DNA of 64,000 nucleotides from a bacterium. GTDB lineage: Bacteria; Bacillota_I; Bacilli_A; RF39; UBA660. The notes under the pieces are model-generated. The model saw only the letters and a program-made list of their open reading frames with translations, was not told the origin of the DNA and made no database searches. A program made the translations under genes and the position numbers. The stretch spans positions 9,672 to 73,671 of the forward strand of contig JAQXPH010000033.1 of assembly GCA_029100545.1 (NCBI GenBank), written 5' to 3'. Positions 39,031 through 47,704 of this stretch are shown here, piece by piece (the stretch's first letter is position 1; each line of letters begins with the position of its first letter).

Positions 39031-40386
39031 CTATAGTTCTAATGATATTTTTTTTATTAATTCTAAATATTTTTCTTTTTCTTTTTCTAAATCATTAATA
39101 TTTTTTCTTTCAAATCTAACAGTTAAAACAGGCCCAGTATTACTTTGTCTAATTAAAGTAAAACCATCTTCATAATCAATTCTAATTCCATCTATAGCAT
39201 TATATTTAATATTTTTATTATCAAGATATTCTTTTAATTTATCAATAATTAAACTTTTATTTTCTTCTTTAACTTCTATTTTAATTTCAGGTGTATGATA
39301 ATATTTAGGTATTTTTTCTACCATTTGTGAAAAAGTTTCATTACTTTTTGAAAGCATTTCAATTATTCTAAGTCCATTATATATTCCATCATCTGTTCCA
39401 ATCCATTTATCTAAAAACCATAAATGACCAGAAAATTCTCCTCCAAAGTCTAGTTTTTCTTCATTTATTTTAAGATTCATATAAGAATTTCCAGTTCGAT
39501 AGACTTCACAAGGTATATTTAATTTTTCCATTTCATCAATAACTGCTTTAGAACATTTTACATCCATAATAGCATGTCTATTTTTTAAATTTGGATTTAA
39601 ATATTTATAAATAGTAATCATTACATTATCAATTGGAATAAAATTACCTTTATTATCAATTACTCCAACTCTGTCTGCATCTCCATCAATACCAATTCCT
39701 ATATCATAACCACCATTTAATACTTCTTTTTTTAGCATTTCCATATTTTCCTCAACTGAAGGATCTGGATGATGATTAGGAAAATTGCCATCACTTTCAC
39801 CATTAATTATTTTATATTCAATATCAAACTCTTGTAAAATTTTATCTAAAATAATAGCTCCAGTTCCATTACCTGGATCAAATACAGCTTTTATTTTTTT
39901 ATTACCTAAATTGATACTTTCTTTAATTTTATTTATATAGCTATTAAAATTATCGTTATATTTTTTATATGTACCTTTTTCATTAGTAAAATTACCTTTT
40001 AAAGTAAAATCTTTAAAATCAAATATTTCTTTACCACAAGCATTGCCTTTATAACTAAAAGATATTTTAAAACCATTATATTCTTTTGGATTATGAGAGG
40101 CAGTAATCATAATACCATTTTTAATATTCAATAATTTTTTATAATAATAATATATTGGCGTAGTACATAATCCTAAATCTATAATATTTGCACCAGAACT
40201 AAGAAGACCCTCAATTAAATTTTTATTTACTTCTTCGGAAGAAAGTCTATTATCATGACCTATAATTACTTTTTTATCATCTATATAACTTGCAAAACTT
40301 TTTCCTATTATGTAAGCATCTTCATTATTTAAATCATCTGGATAAATTGCTCTAATATCATATTCTCTAAAAATAAATTTTTTCAT
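39031..40386 (-). CDS. phosphoglucomutase/phosphomannomutase (alpha-D-phosphohexomutase)
   Basis: Active-site GIMITASHNPKEYNGFK, metal loop GIGIDGDADRVGVID and sugar loop GGEFSGH. Confidence 0.9.
   Translation of the reverse strand: MKKFIFREYDIRAIYPDDLNNEDAYIIGKSFASYIDDKKVIIGHDNRLSSEEVNKNLIEGLLSSGANIIDLGLCTTPIYYYYKKLLNIKNGIMITASHNPKEYNGFKISFSYKGNACGKEIFDFKDFTLKGNFTNEKGTYKKYNDNFNSYINKIKESINLGNKKIKAVFDPGNGTGAIILDKILQEFDIEYKIINGESDGNFPNHHPDPSVEENMEMLKKEVLNGGYDIGIGIDGDADRVGVIDNKGNFIPIDNVMITIYKYLNPNLKNRHAIMDVKCSKAVIDEMEKLNIPCEVYRTGNSYMNLKINEEKLDFGGEFSGHLWFLDKWIGTDDGIYNGLRIIEMLSKSNETFSQMVEKIPKYYHTPEIKIEVKEENKSLIIDKLKEYLDNKNIKYNAIDGIRIDYEDGFTLIRQSNTGPVLTVRFERKNINDLEKEKEKYLELIKKISLEL
39035..39062 (+). 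repeat. 28-nt direct repeat, right copy
   Basis: AGTTCTAATGATATTTTTTTTATTAATT. On the minus strand it encodes the last residues (ELIKKISLE) of the phosphohexomutase. Confidence 0.85.
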
Positions 40387-40546
40387 ATCATCACCATAAA
40401 TATTATAACAAATTTAATAAATATTTTAAATAAATATTTACATTTAATAACATCTTTGATATATTTAAGTTGCTCGTAAAAAAGAAAAATATTTTTCATA
40501 TTTTTATGAGTTTTTTAATGGTAAAAATCACATTAGAAAGGATAAC

Positions 40547-41716
40547 TTGAAAAAATATAAAATAGTAATAATTATAATAGTGATTTTTATAACTATAGAA
40601 GTAAAAGCAATTAGTCTTAGTAATAAAAATGGTTCATTATTTAGAAATTTATGTTCAAATGATGGAAAAATATATGAAATTAAATTTATTAATTTACAAG
40701 AAAGAGAAAGTTATTTTTTACTTCCTTTAGAAAAATTTAACATTGATTTAAAAACTTATGAATATTCTTCACTTGAAAAAACTAATTTTCCTTTAGATTT
40801 AAAAGATTATTATTTATCATTTATTGAATTTAAAAATAAATATAATTTAAATTTTTATGTTTATCATGGTTTAACTCAAAGACTTATTTGGAATTATTTA
40901 TATCCTGATAAAAACTTTAGATTTTGTGATGATAATAAAAAATATTATGATTTTTATGAAAATGAATATAATGAAGTTAAAGAAAAAATAGAAAATGTTA
41001 TTAATGGTCCAGAATTTTTTAAAAATATAAACTATCAATTACCTAATAAAGAATATATATATGAATTTAAATATTTAGATAATTATTATGTATATGATAA
41101 TGGTGGACTTGATGTAAAACTAATAAATAATAAACTTTATATAAAAGGAGAAAAAGGAAGTTATAAAATATTATTTAAGAAAAATAAAGTAGTTTATAAT
41201 GATATTTTATTTAATTATTTAGTTACGGATGGACAAAATTATGTCTTTAGTGCTAATAATTATAATGATGTAACTTATGAAATGAATATAATAATAGATA
41301 ATTATAATTTAACTATTATGGTTACTGATAATGAAGAAAGTTTAAATAAATGTATAACTTTAACAAGTGAAAGTGAAAGTAATGTATTTTGTGCAAATGA
41401 AAATAATTTAATTAATATTAGTCTTTTAAAAGGAAAATATATAATTACTTATAATGAAGATGATTTATATAAAGAAAAAAGTATTACAATAAATCTTGAT
41501 AAAGATAATTTAATTAAATTAAACTTAGAAAGAAAAAATGCTATAGAAAAAGATAATCTTATAAAAGATGATATTAAGTTAGATAATAATATTAATGAGG
41601 AATATACAGATAATATTATATTTGAAAATACATTATCTATTAATAATATAATTTATATTATTATATTTTTAATTATAATTTCTACTGGAGTTATTTTTGT
41701 TAGAAAGAAAAAATAA
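40547..41716 (+). CDS. surface protein with signal peptide and sortase-type C-terminal anchor (non-LPXTG)
   Basis: Signal peptide ...TIEVKA/IS. The C-terminus is FENTLSINN plus an 18-aa hydrophobic stretch plus RKKK. Its 3' end overlaps the sortase-like gene. Confidence 0.55.
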   Translation: MKKYKIVIIIIVIFITIEVKAISLSNKNGSLFRNLCSNDGKIYEIKFINLQERESYFLLPLEKFNIDLKTYEYSSLEKTNFPLDLKDYYLSFIEFKNKYNLNFYVYHGLTQRLIWNYLYPDKNFRFCDDNKKYYDFYENEYNEVKEKIENVINGPEFFKNINYQLPNKEYIYEFKYLDNYYVYDNGGLDVKLINNKLYIKGEKGSYKILFKKNKVVYNDILFNYLVTDGQNYVFSANNYNDVTYEMNIIIDNYNLTIMVTDNEESLNKCITLTSESESNVFCANENNLINISLLKGKYIITYNEDDLYKEKSITINLDKDNLIKLNLERKNAIEKDNLIKDDIKLDNNINEEYTDNIIFENTLSINNIIYIIIFLIIISTGVIFVRKKK

Positions 41717-42194
41717 AATAGGTTATTTAATTATAATAATAATTATATTGTTATGCTTTAATAAAACAAAATATTTAAAAAATGATACTAATATTTTTAT
41801 ATTTGATAATTATAATAATACTTTTGATATTTATTTAAAAATACCTAAAATAAATTTTAAAAAAACATTTAATGATAAATCTTCTTTAAAAGATAATATT
41901 ATGTTATCACCTTATTCTAAAATAAAGAATAATAAAAGTACAATTATTATATTAGGTCATTCAGGATATGCAAAAAATGCTTTTTTTAATGATTTAATTA
42001 ATTTATCTATTAATGATGAGATATTTATTAAATATTTTGGAGTTACTTATAAATATATTATATTTGATATTGAATATATAACTAAAAAAAGTAGTTATAT
42101 AATAACTTATGAACAAAATTATTTATATTTAGTAACATGTGATTTATTTAATTTAAATAAACAAATTGTAATTAAAGCAAAATGTATAAAATAA
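41697..42194 (+). CDS. miniature sortase-like transpeptidase
   Basis: N-terminal TM, IIILGHSG (catalytic His context) and LYLVTCD (TLxTC Cys motif). I could not see the usual C-terminal catalytic Arg. Confidence 0.55.
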   Translation: MLERKNKIGYLIIIIIILLCFNKTKYLKNDTNIFIFDNYNNTFDIYLKIPKINFKKTFNDKSSLKDNIMLSPYSKIKNNKSTIIILGHSGYAKNAFFNDLINLSINDEIFIKYFGVTYKYIIFDIEYITKKSSYIITYEQNYLYLVTCDLFNLNKQIVIKAKCIK

Positions 42195-42231
42195 TTACTT
42201 TTTTATCAATATAATTTTGAAAGGATATGAT

Positions 42232-43008
42232 ATGAGTAATTATAAAGTTGATATAACTGGAATTAATACAAGTACTTTAAAATGTTTAACTCATGAAGAA
42301 AATATTAAATTATTTAAACTATATCAAAATGGAGATTTAAAAGCAAAAGATGATTTAGTAAATGGTAATTTAAAATTAGTTTTATCTGTATTAAAAGGAT
42401 TTAATAAAAAAGGTATTAATCAAGATGATTTATTTCAAGTAGGAGTTATTGGTTTAATAAAAGCTATTGATAATTTTGATTTATCTTATAATTTAAAATT
42501 ATCTACTTATGCTGTACCTTTGATAGTTGGAGAAATAAAAAAATATTTAAGAGATAATACCCAAATGAGAATAGCAAGAAGTATAAAAGATGATGCTTAT
42601 AAAATACTTAGGTTTAAAGAAGAATATATAAATAAATATGGAAAAGAACCATTAAATAGTGAAATATCAAAGGCATTAAATATAAGTGAAATTGATATAA
42701 GTTTTGCTTTAAATGCTTTAAAAGAACCAATGAGTATATTTTCTCCAATATATTCTGATGGGGGAGATACAATTTATTTAGAAGATCAAATCGCAGATAC
42801 TAAAGAAAAAAGTTTTGATAAAGATATGATGATATCATTATATAAAGCTTTAAAAAAAATTAAAGAAAGAGAAAAATCTATTTTAATGGAAAGATATGTT
42901 GTTGGTAAAACTCAAACTGAAATAGCAAATGATTTAAATATATCACAAGCACAAGTATCTAGAATAGAAAAAAATGCTCTTATAAAAGTTAGGAGACTTA
43001 TTAAATGA
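42232..43008 (+). CDS. sigG: sporulation sigma factor, SigG-like (SigF/G group)
   Basis: GLIKAIDNFDLSYNLKLSTYAVPLIVGEIKKYLRDNTQMRIARSIKDDAYKIL closely follows the SigG region 2 signature. No spoIIAA/AB upstream. Confidence 0.8.
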   Translation: MSNYKVDITGINTSTLKCLTHEENIKLFKLYQNGDLKAKDDLVNGNLKLVLSVLKGFNKKGINQDDLFQVGVIGLIKAIDNFDLSYNLKLSTYAVPLIVGEIKKYLRDNTQMRIARSIKDDAYKILRFKEEYINKYGKEPLNSEISKALNISEIDISFALNALKEPMSIFSPIYSDGGDTIYLEDQIADTKEKSFDKDMMISLYKALKKIKEREKSILMERYVVGKTQTEIANDLNISQAQVSRIEKNALIKVRRLIK

Positions 43009-43523
43009 TAGCATTATGTTTACAAATATATTTTGCAAGAATACTTGATGTAACATTAAGTACAATTAGAACATTTTATACATTAAAAGGAAAAACTATT
43101 TTTTCTTCAATATTATCTTTTTTTGAAGTATTAATTTGGTTTTTGGTGGCAAGGCAAGCTTTAAATGTAGATTTAGATTCTTTATGGATACCAATTAGTT
43201 ATTCACTTGGTTATGCTACAGGAATATTAATTGGCTCTTTTATATCAAATAATTTTATAAAAGGTATTGAAAATGTAACTATTATTACTAAAAAGAAAAA
43301 TGATATTTTAATTAATACTTTAAGAAATAATGGTTTTGGTATATCTATAATTGATTTAAAAAATGATTTTGATAATGTAAAAAAACAAATGCTTATTATT
43401 GAAGTAGATAAAAGGTATTTAAAAAAACTAATAAAAATTGTAAAATCAATTGATAAAGAAGCATTTATTTCAATTAGTGAAACTAAACAAATTGAAAATG
43501 GTGTATTAAAAATTAATAAATAA
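43005..43523 (+). CDS. UPF0316/DUF2179-family membrane protein
   Basis: ILDVTLSTIRT... N-terminal TM triplet plus a C-terminal alpha/beta domain (YebE-like). Confidence 0.65.
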   Translation: MIALCLQIYFARILDVTLSTIRTFYTLKGKTIFSSILSFFEVLIWFLVARQALNVDLDSLWIPISYSLGYATGILIGSFISNNFIKGIENVTIITKKKNDILINTLRNNGFGISIIDLKNDFDNVKKQMLIIEVDKRYLKKLIKIVKSIDKEAFISISETKQIENGVLKINK

Positions 43524-43581
43524 TATTGGAAAATAAAAAAAATTATGCTATTATATTTGTGGTATGGTAGGAAAATAAGTT

Positions 43582-45813
43582 ATGGAAAATAAAAAAAATA
43601 AATTAGATAAAAAAAGTATTTCAATTATTATAATAGTAGCAATTTTTCTAGTTATTATAATGGCAATAACTTTTGCTTATTTTGGTAATTTTTTTGTAAA
43701 TCTTGGTAATATGTTAAATGTTAATTTATCTGCTGGAGAATTATCAAATGCTTATTTAAATGCAACAAATACATCATTTTCTATTGATATTGATCCTGAA
43801 AATATGAGTGAAGATAATGCAGGTAATTTTGTTATAACTAATGAGTCTAGTTTAAATGTATTTTTAGATGCAGGTACAACTAGTTTTGGAGTTAAATGTA
43901 CTTATGATATTATGTTTGAATATGATAGTACTTCAAGTATTTATGGTAAAGAGCCAACTCCAGTAAGTGATGGAGCAACAAAAGAATTTACTTTACAAGC
44001 AAGTGGACCAACTACTTTTTCTAATTTTTTTAAAGAAGAAACAAATTTTGCTTATGATAGTAATTGGAGTTCTAATCCATATAGAAGAACTATTGCAAGT
44101 AATGTAGAAATTATAAATACAAGTTCAAATAATCCTATAGTTCAAACATGGATTTTTACAAATAAATTTTATAATTTAGATTTAGATCAAACAGCTCTTG
44201 CTAATAAAAAATTTAAAGGTAGATTTTATGTAGATAATACTCATTGTGAAACTACCCAAATTGCTAATGATAGTGAAACTTTATATGCATTAGTACAAAA
44301 TAAATATAATGAAGGAAATACTTTTGTAAAACTTTATGATGGAGAAGGATCTGATTCCTATGCTAATCCAGTATACTATTATAATGGCGCAGTACAAGAT
44401 AATAATGTTTATTTTGCGGACCTATGCTGGAAAATGGTTAGAACTACCGATACTGGAGGAGTTAAATTAATTTATAATGGAACGCCAAAAACAATTACCA
44501 AACCAATACCTATAGAAGAATCACAGTATCTAAATGTATCGAATGATGCAAACTACCCATATACATTTGATAGTACTAATAAAACATGGACAAGTACTAA
44601 TAAAACTAATAGTGCCACCGGTACAATAACATTTACTGTAGCAGAAGCAGGTGATTATTTTCTATCATATACCGTTTCTTCAGAGGCAAATTGGGATAAA
44701 GCAATATTTTATAAAGATGGTACAACGCTTGGTACTTACAGTGGTGAAGCAAGTGGAAGCATTACTCTAGATGGTCTTACAACCTCAAATGTAATAAAAG
44801 TAGAGTATACAAAAGATTCATCGGGAGCAATTGGTAGTGATAATGTAGTCTTTAGTTTGGATAAACCCTCTGGTAATTCATATTTAACATGTAATAATAC
44901 TGGAACTGATTCTCAAATAGGAACAAGTTCATTTAATGGTAGTTATGATTCTCTAGCATATGTAGGTTATATGTATAATACAGAGTATACTTCTTCATCT
45001 AAAACAAGATCACAATTATCTAATATAGTATTTGGTAATTCATTTACATATTCAGGTGGCACGTATACACTTGCTGATACAATGACAGTAGCAACTTGGT
45101 CAAGTGGTTATAATACAATAAATAATAATCATTATACGTGTTTTACTACGGGTACTACTTGTCCGTCTTTATATTATGTACATTATGCTGATTCTTCAAA
45201 TGCATATTATATAACGCTTACGGGTGGTAAATCAGTAAGCGATGCTTTAAATGAAATGTTATATGTAGGTGATGTAAATAAAACTAATTCAATAATAAAA
45301 ACATATATAGAAACATGGTATGAAAATAATATGACAGCATATACATCATCTCTAGAAGATACAACTTATTGTAATGACCGAAGTATAATAAATTTAAATG
45401 GCTGGAATCCAAATGGAGGAAGTACAACTGGTTATTTACAATTTAAAAATTATAATGATAATTATAGTTTAGTATGTGGTAGTGTTACAGATCAATTTAG
45501 AGTAGGAAATACAAAAGCACCACTTAAATATCCAGTAGGTTTACTTACAGCCCCAGAAGTATTGCTAGCTTATAAAGATGCAAATTATAGCACATATTAT
45601 TTAAATACAGAACAGATTTATTGGCTTGGGTCCCCTAGCTACTTCATCAACAAAAACAGCAATGCTTACGTGCGTCTCGTCAGTAGTTCGGGCAACCTGA
45701 GTAACAACTACGTGAACGATTCTATCGGGGTCCGCCCGTCCGTTTCCTTAAAACCTGGCACCGAATATATTTCAGGAAATGGGTCATATACTTCACCATT
45801 TTTGATAGAATAG
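43582..45813 (+). CDS. large family member P5: TasA/CalY-type leader, P2/P3-like module and ~520-aa adhesin-like extension ending in a lectin-like domain
   Basis: The leader ends IIMAITFAYFGNF. It shares VKCTYDIMFEYDSTSSIYGKEPTPVS and FYNLDLDQTALANKKFKGRFYVDNTHC with P2/P3. The extension contains YYYNGAVQDNNVYFADLCWKMVRT and ends YWLGSPS...SIGVRPSVSLKPG..GNGSYTSPFLIE. Confidence 0.7.
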   Translation: MENKKNKLDKKSISIIIIVAIFLVIIMAITFAYFGNFFVNLGNMLNVNLSAGELSNAYLNATNTSFSIDIDPENMSEDNAGNFVITNESSLNVFLDAGTTSFGVKCTYDIMFEYDSTSSIYGKEPTPVSDGATKEFTLQASGPTTFSNFFKEETNFAYDSNWSSNPYRRTIASNVEIINTSSNNPIVQTWIFTNKFYNLDLDQTALANKKFKGRFYVDNTHCETTQIANDSETLYALVQNKYNEGNTFVKLYDGEGSDSYANPVYYYNGAVQDNNVYFADLCWKMVRTTDTGGVKLIYNGTPKTITKPIPIEESQYLNVSNDANYPYTFDSTNKTWTSTNKTNSATGTITFTVAEAGDYFLSYTVSSEANWDKAIFYKDGTTLGTYSGEASGSITLDGLTTSNVIKVEYTKDSSGAIGSDNVVFSLDKPSGNSYLTCNNTGTDSQIGTSSFNGSYDSLAYVGYMYNTEYTSSSKTRSQLSNIVFGNSFTYSGGTYTLADTMTVATWSSGYNTINNNHYTCFTTGTTCPSLYYVHYADSSNAYYITLTGGKSVSDALNEMLYVGDVNKTNSIIKTYIETWYENNMTAYTSSLEDTTYCNDRSIINLNGWNPNGGSTTGYLQFKNYNDNYSLVCGSVTDQFRVGNTKAPLKYPVGLLTAPEVLLAYKDANYSTYYLNTEQIYWLGSPSYFINKNSNAYVRLVSSSGNLSNNYVNDSIGVRPSVSLKPGTEYISGNGSYTSPFLIE

Positions 45814-45856
45814 GGAATGAAGAAAAGTAGGTGCCACCACCTTTACACTAGAAAGT

Positions 45857-45880
45857 CCTCGCGAAAACCCTTTCGCGAGG
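45857..45880. other. GC-rich perfect hairpin (10-bp stem, 4-nt loop) downstream of P5
   Basis: CCTCGCGAAA-ACCC-TTTCGCGAGG. No T-run follows on either strand, so it is not a typical terminator for this genome. Confidence 0.8.
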
Positions 45881-46073
45881 CGCCGAAGTAAAAAAATTAA
45901 CGCTAAGATAAATAAGAGGGATAAAATCACCGTAAAAAAAGTGAAAAAAATCAACAAAAAAAAGTGTGAATAACATCAATGCAAAAAAAGATAGACATAT
46001 CTTTTTTTTAGTGTTAAAATAAATATGACATTTTAAGTGGGCTTGCAATCCCACTTTTATTATTAAATAGGAA

Positions 46074-46328
46074 GTGATATATTTGGAATTTGGTAAATTA
46101 ACTGAAAAAATTAATATTGCAATTAAAAAAATGGATATATTTGTAGATAATATATCATATAAAAAGAAAGGTAAATATAATTTTTTAGAAATAACTTTAG
46201 ATAAAGTTGGTGGTATTGATTTAGATGAAATAGTTGATGCAACAAAGATAATTAATCCAATTGTGGATAAATATTGTGATATTGAAGATAGTTATATTTT
46301 AGATATATCAAGTAAGGAAAGAGGATAG
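46074..46328 (+). CDS. rimP: ribosome maturation factor RimP, N-terminal domain only (short form)
   Basis: Position before nusA. LEITLDKVGGIDLDEIVDATKIINPIVD...YILDISS matches the RimP N-domain. At 84 aa it lacks the C-terminal Sm-like domain. Confidence 0.55.
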   Translation: MIYLEFGKLTEKINIAIKKMDIFVDNISYKKKGKYNFLEITLDKVGGIDLDEIVDATKIINPIVDKYCDIEDSYILDISSKERG

Positions 46329-46331
46329 AAA

Positions 46332-47444
46332 ATGAATAGTAATGAATTAATTAAAGCTGTTAAGCTTGTTACAAAAGAAAAAAATATAAGTGAAGATGTA
46401 ATTTATGATGGACTTACTTTAGCACTTACTACTGCTTATAAGAAAAATTTTGATTCTAAAACTAATGTAATTGTTAGAATTAATCGTGAAACTGGAGATA
46501 TTAAAGTTTATTCTTATTTAGTAGTTGTTCCTGAAATTGATGAAGGTAGTGAAAGTGTTGATGAAGAAGGAAATACTATAAATATTCCTCCTGAAATTAA
46601 TATTGATGCTCAAATTCTTTTAGAAGATGCTATTAAAATTGATCCAAATGCAAAAGTTGGCGAAACAATTGAAGTTGAGGTAACTCCTAAAGATTTTGGA
46701 AGAGTAGCTGCGGGTACTGCTAAACAAGTATTAACTCAAAAAATTAGAGAAGCTGAAAAAGAAAGTATCATTAATGAATTTAATGATAAAGAAGGCGAAG
46801 TAATGGTTGGAATGGTTGCTCTTGAAGACCAAAAAAACTATTATATTGATTTAGGTAGAACTAGAGGAATGCTTCCTAAAAGTGAAATTATTCCAGGTGA
46901 AAAAATTACTATGGGTTCTAATATTAAAGTATATTTAACTAAAGTTACTTTAGGAGCAAAGGGACCAGTTATTATGCTATCAAGAAAACATTATGGTTTT
47001 GTTAAAAGATTATTTGAACAAGAAATACCTGAAATTATTAATGGAACAATTGAAATATATGCTGTTGTTCGTGAGCCTGGTATTAGATGTAAAGTAGCAG
47101 TATATTCAAATAATCCTAAAATAGATGCAATTGGATCATGCATTGGTGAAAAAGGATGTAGAATTGCTGGTGTTTTAAAAGAACTTGGTGATGAAAGAAT
47201 TGATTTAGTTTTATATAATGATGACCCAGCTGAATTTATTAAAAATGCTATGGTTCCTGCTAAAGATGCTATTGTAAATATTCTTGATGAAAAAGAAAAG
47301 AAAGCTTTAGTAATTGTAAGTGATGATAATTTATCTTTAGCTATTGGTAAAAAGGGAAGTAATATTAAACTTGCATCTCGTCTTACTCATTATTATCTTG
47401 AAATTAAAACTTTAAGCCAAGTAAATGAGGAAGGAAATAAATAA
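46332..47444 (+). CDS. nusA: transcription termination/antitermination factor NusA
   Basis: S1 and KH domains (FGRVAAGTAKQVLTQKIREAE, GSCIGEKGCRI, AIGKKGSNIKLASRLT). Confidence 0.96.
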   Translation: MNSNELIKAVKLVTKEKNISEDVIYDGLTLALTTAYKKNFDSKTNVIVRINRETGDIKVYSYLVVVPEIDEGSESVDEEGNTINIPPEINIDAQILLEDAIKIDPNAKVGETIEVEVTPKDFGRVAAGTAKQVLTQKIREAEKESIINEFNDKEGEVMVGMVALEDQKNYYIDLGRTRGMLPKSEIIPGEKITMGSNIKVYLTKVTLGAKGPVIMLSRKHYGFVKRLFEQEIPEIINGTIEIYAVVREPGIRCKVAVYSNNPKIDAIGSCIGEKGCRIAGVLKELGDERIDLVLYNDDPAEFIKNAMVPAKDAIVNILDEKEKKALVIVSDDNLSLAIGKKGSNIKLASRLTHYYLEIKTLSQVNEEGNK

Positions 47445-47704
47445 TGAAAAAAATACCTTTAAGAACATGCGTTGTAACGAAAGAAAAATGTGAAAAACGT
47501 GATTTATTAAGGGTTGTAAGAACCCCTGAAAAAGAAGTTATATATGATGAAAGTGGTAAAGCAAATGGAAAAGGGGCATATTTAAAAAAAGATATTGATG
47601 TAATAAATAAAGCTAAAAAAAGTAAAATATTAGATAGAGTTTTAGAAGTATGCGTACCAGATGAAATATATGAAACTTTAGTTAGGAAGGTAAATAATGA
47701 ATAA
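47444..47704 (+). CDS. ylxR: YlxR-family RNA-binding protein (DUF448)
   Basis: IPLRTCVVTKEKCEKRDLLRVV...GKGAYL. Confidence 0.85.
   Translation: MKKIPLRTCVVTKEKCEKRDLLRVVRTPEKEVIYDESGKANGKGAYLKKDIDVINKAKKSKILDRVLEVCVPDEIYETLVRKVNNE

Noticed and set aside
45848-46054. 68-aa minus-strand ORF in the P5-rimP spacer
   Set aside because: It runs through three hairpins and poly-A/T tracts and has no SD. The region is better explained as structured non-coding DNA.
43582-46073. Calling a complete diversity-generating retroelement
   Set aside because: Only target-like features are present: the AAC-rich GC island, the GC tract and the hairpin. I could find no reverse transcriptase, Avd-like gene or template repeat in the 64 kb, so only a hypothesis is reported.
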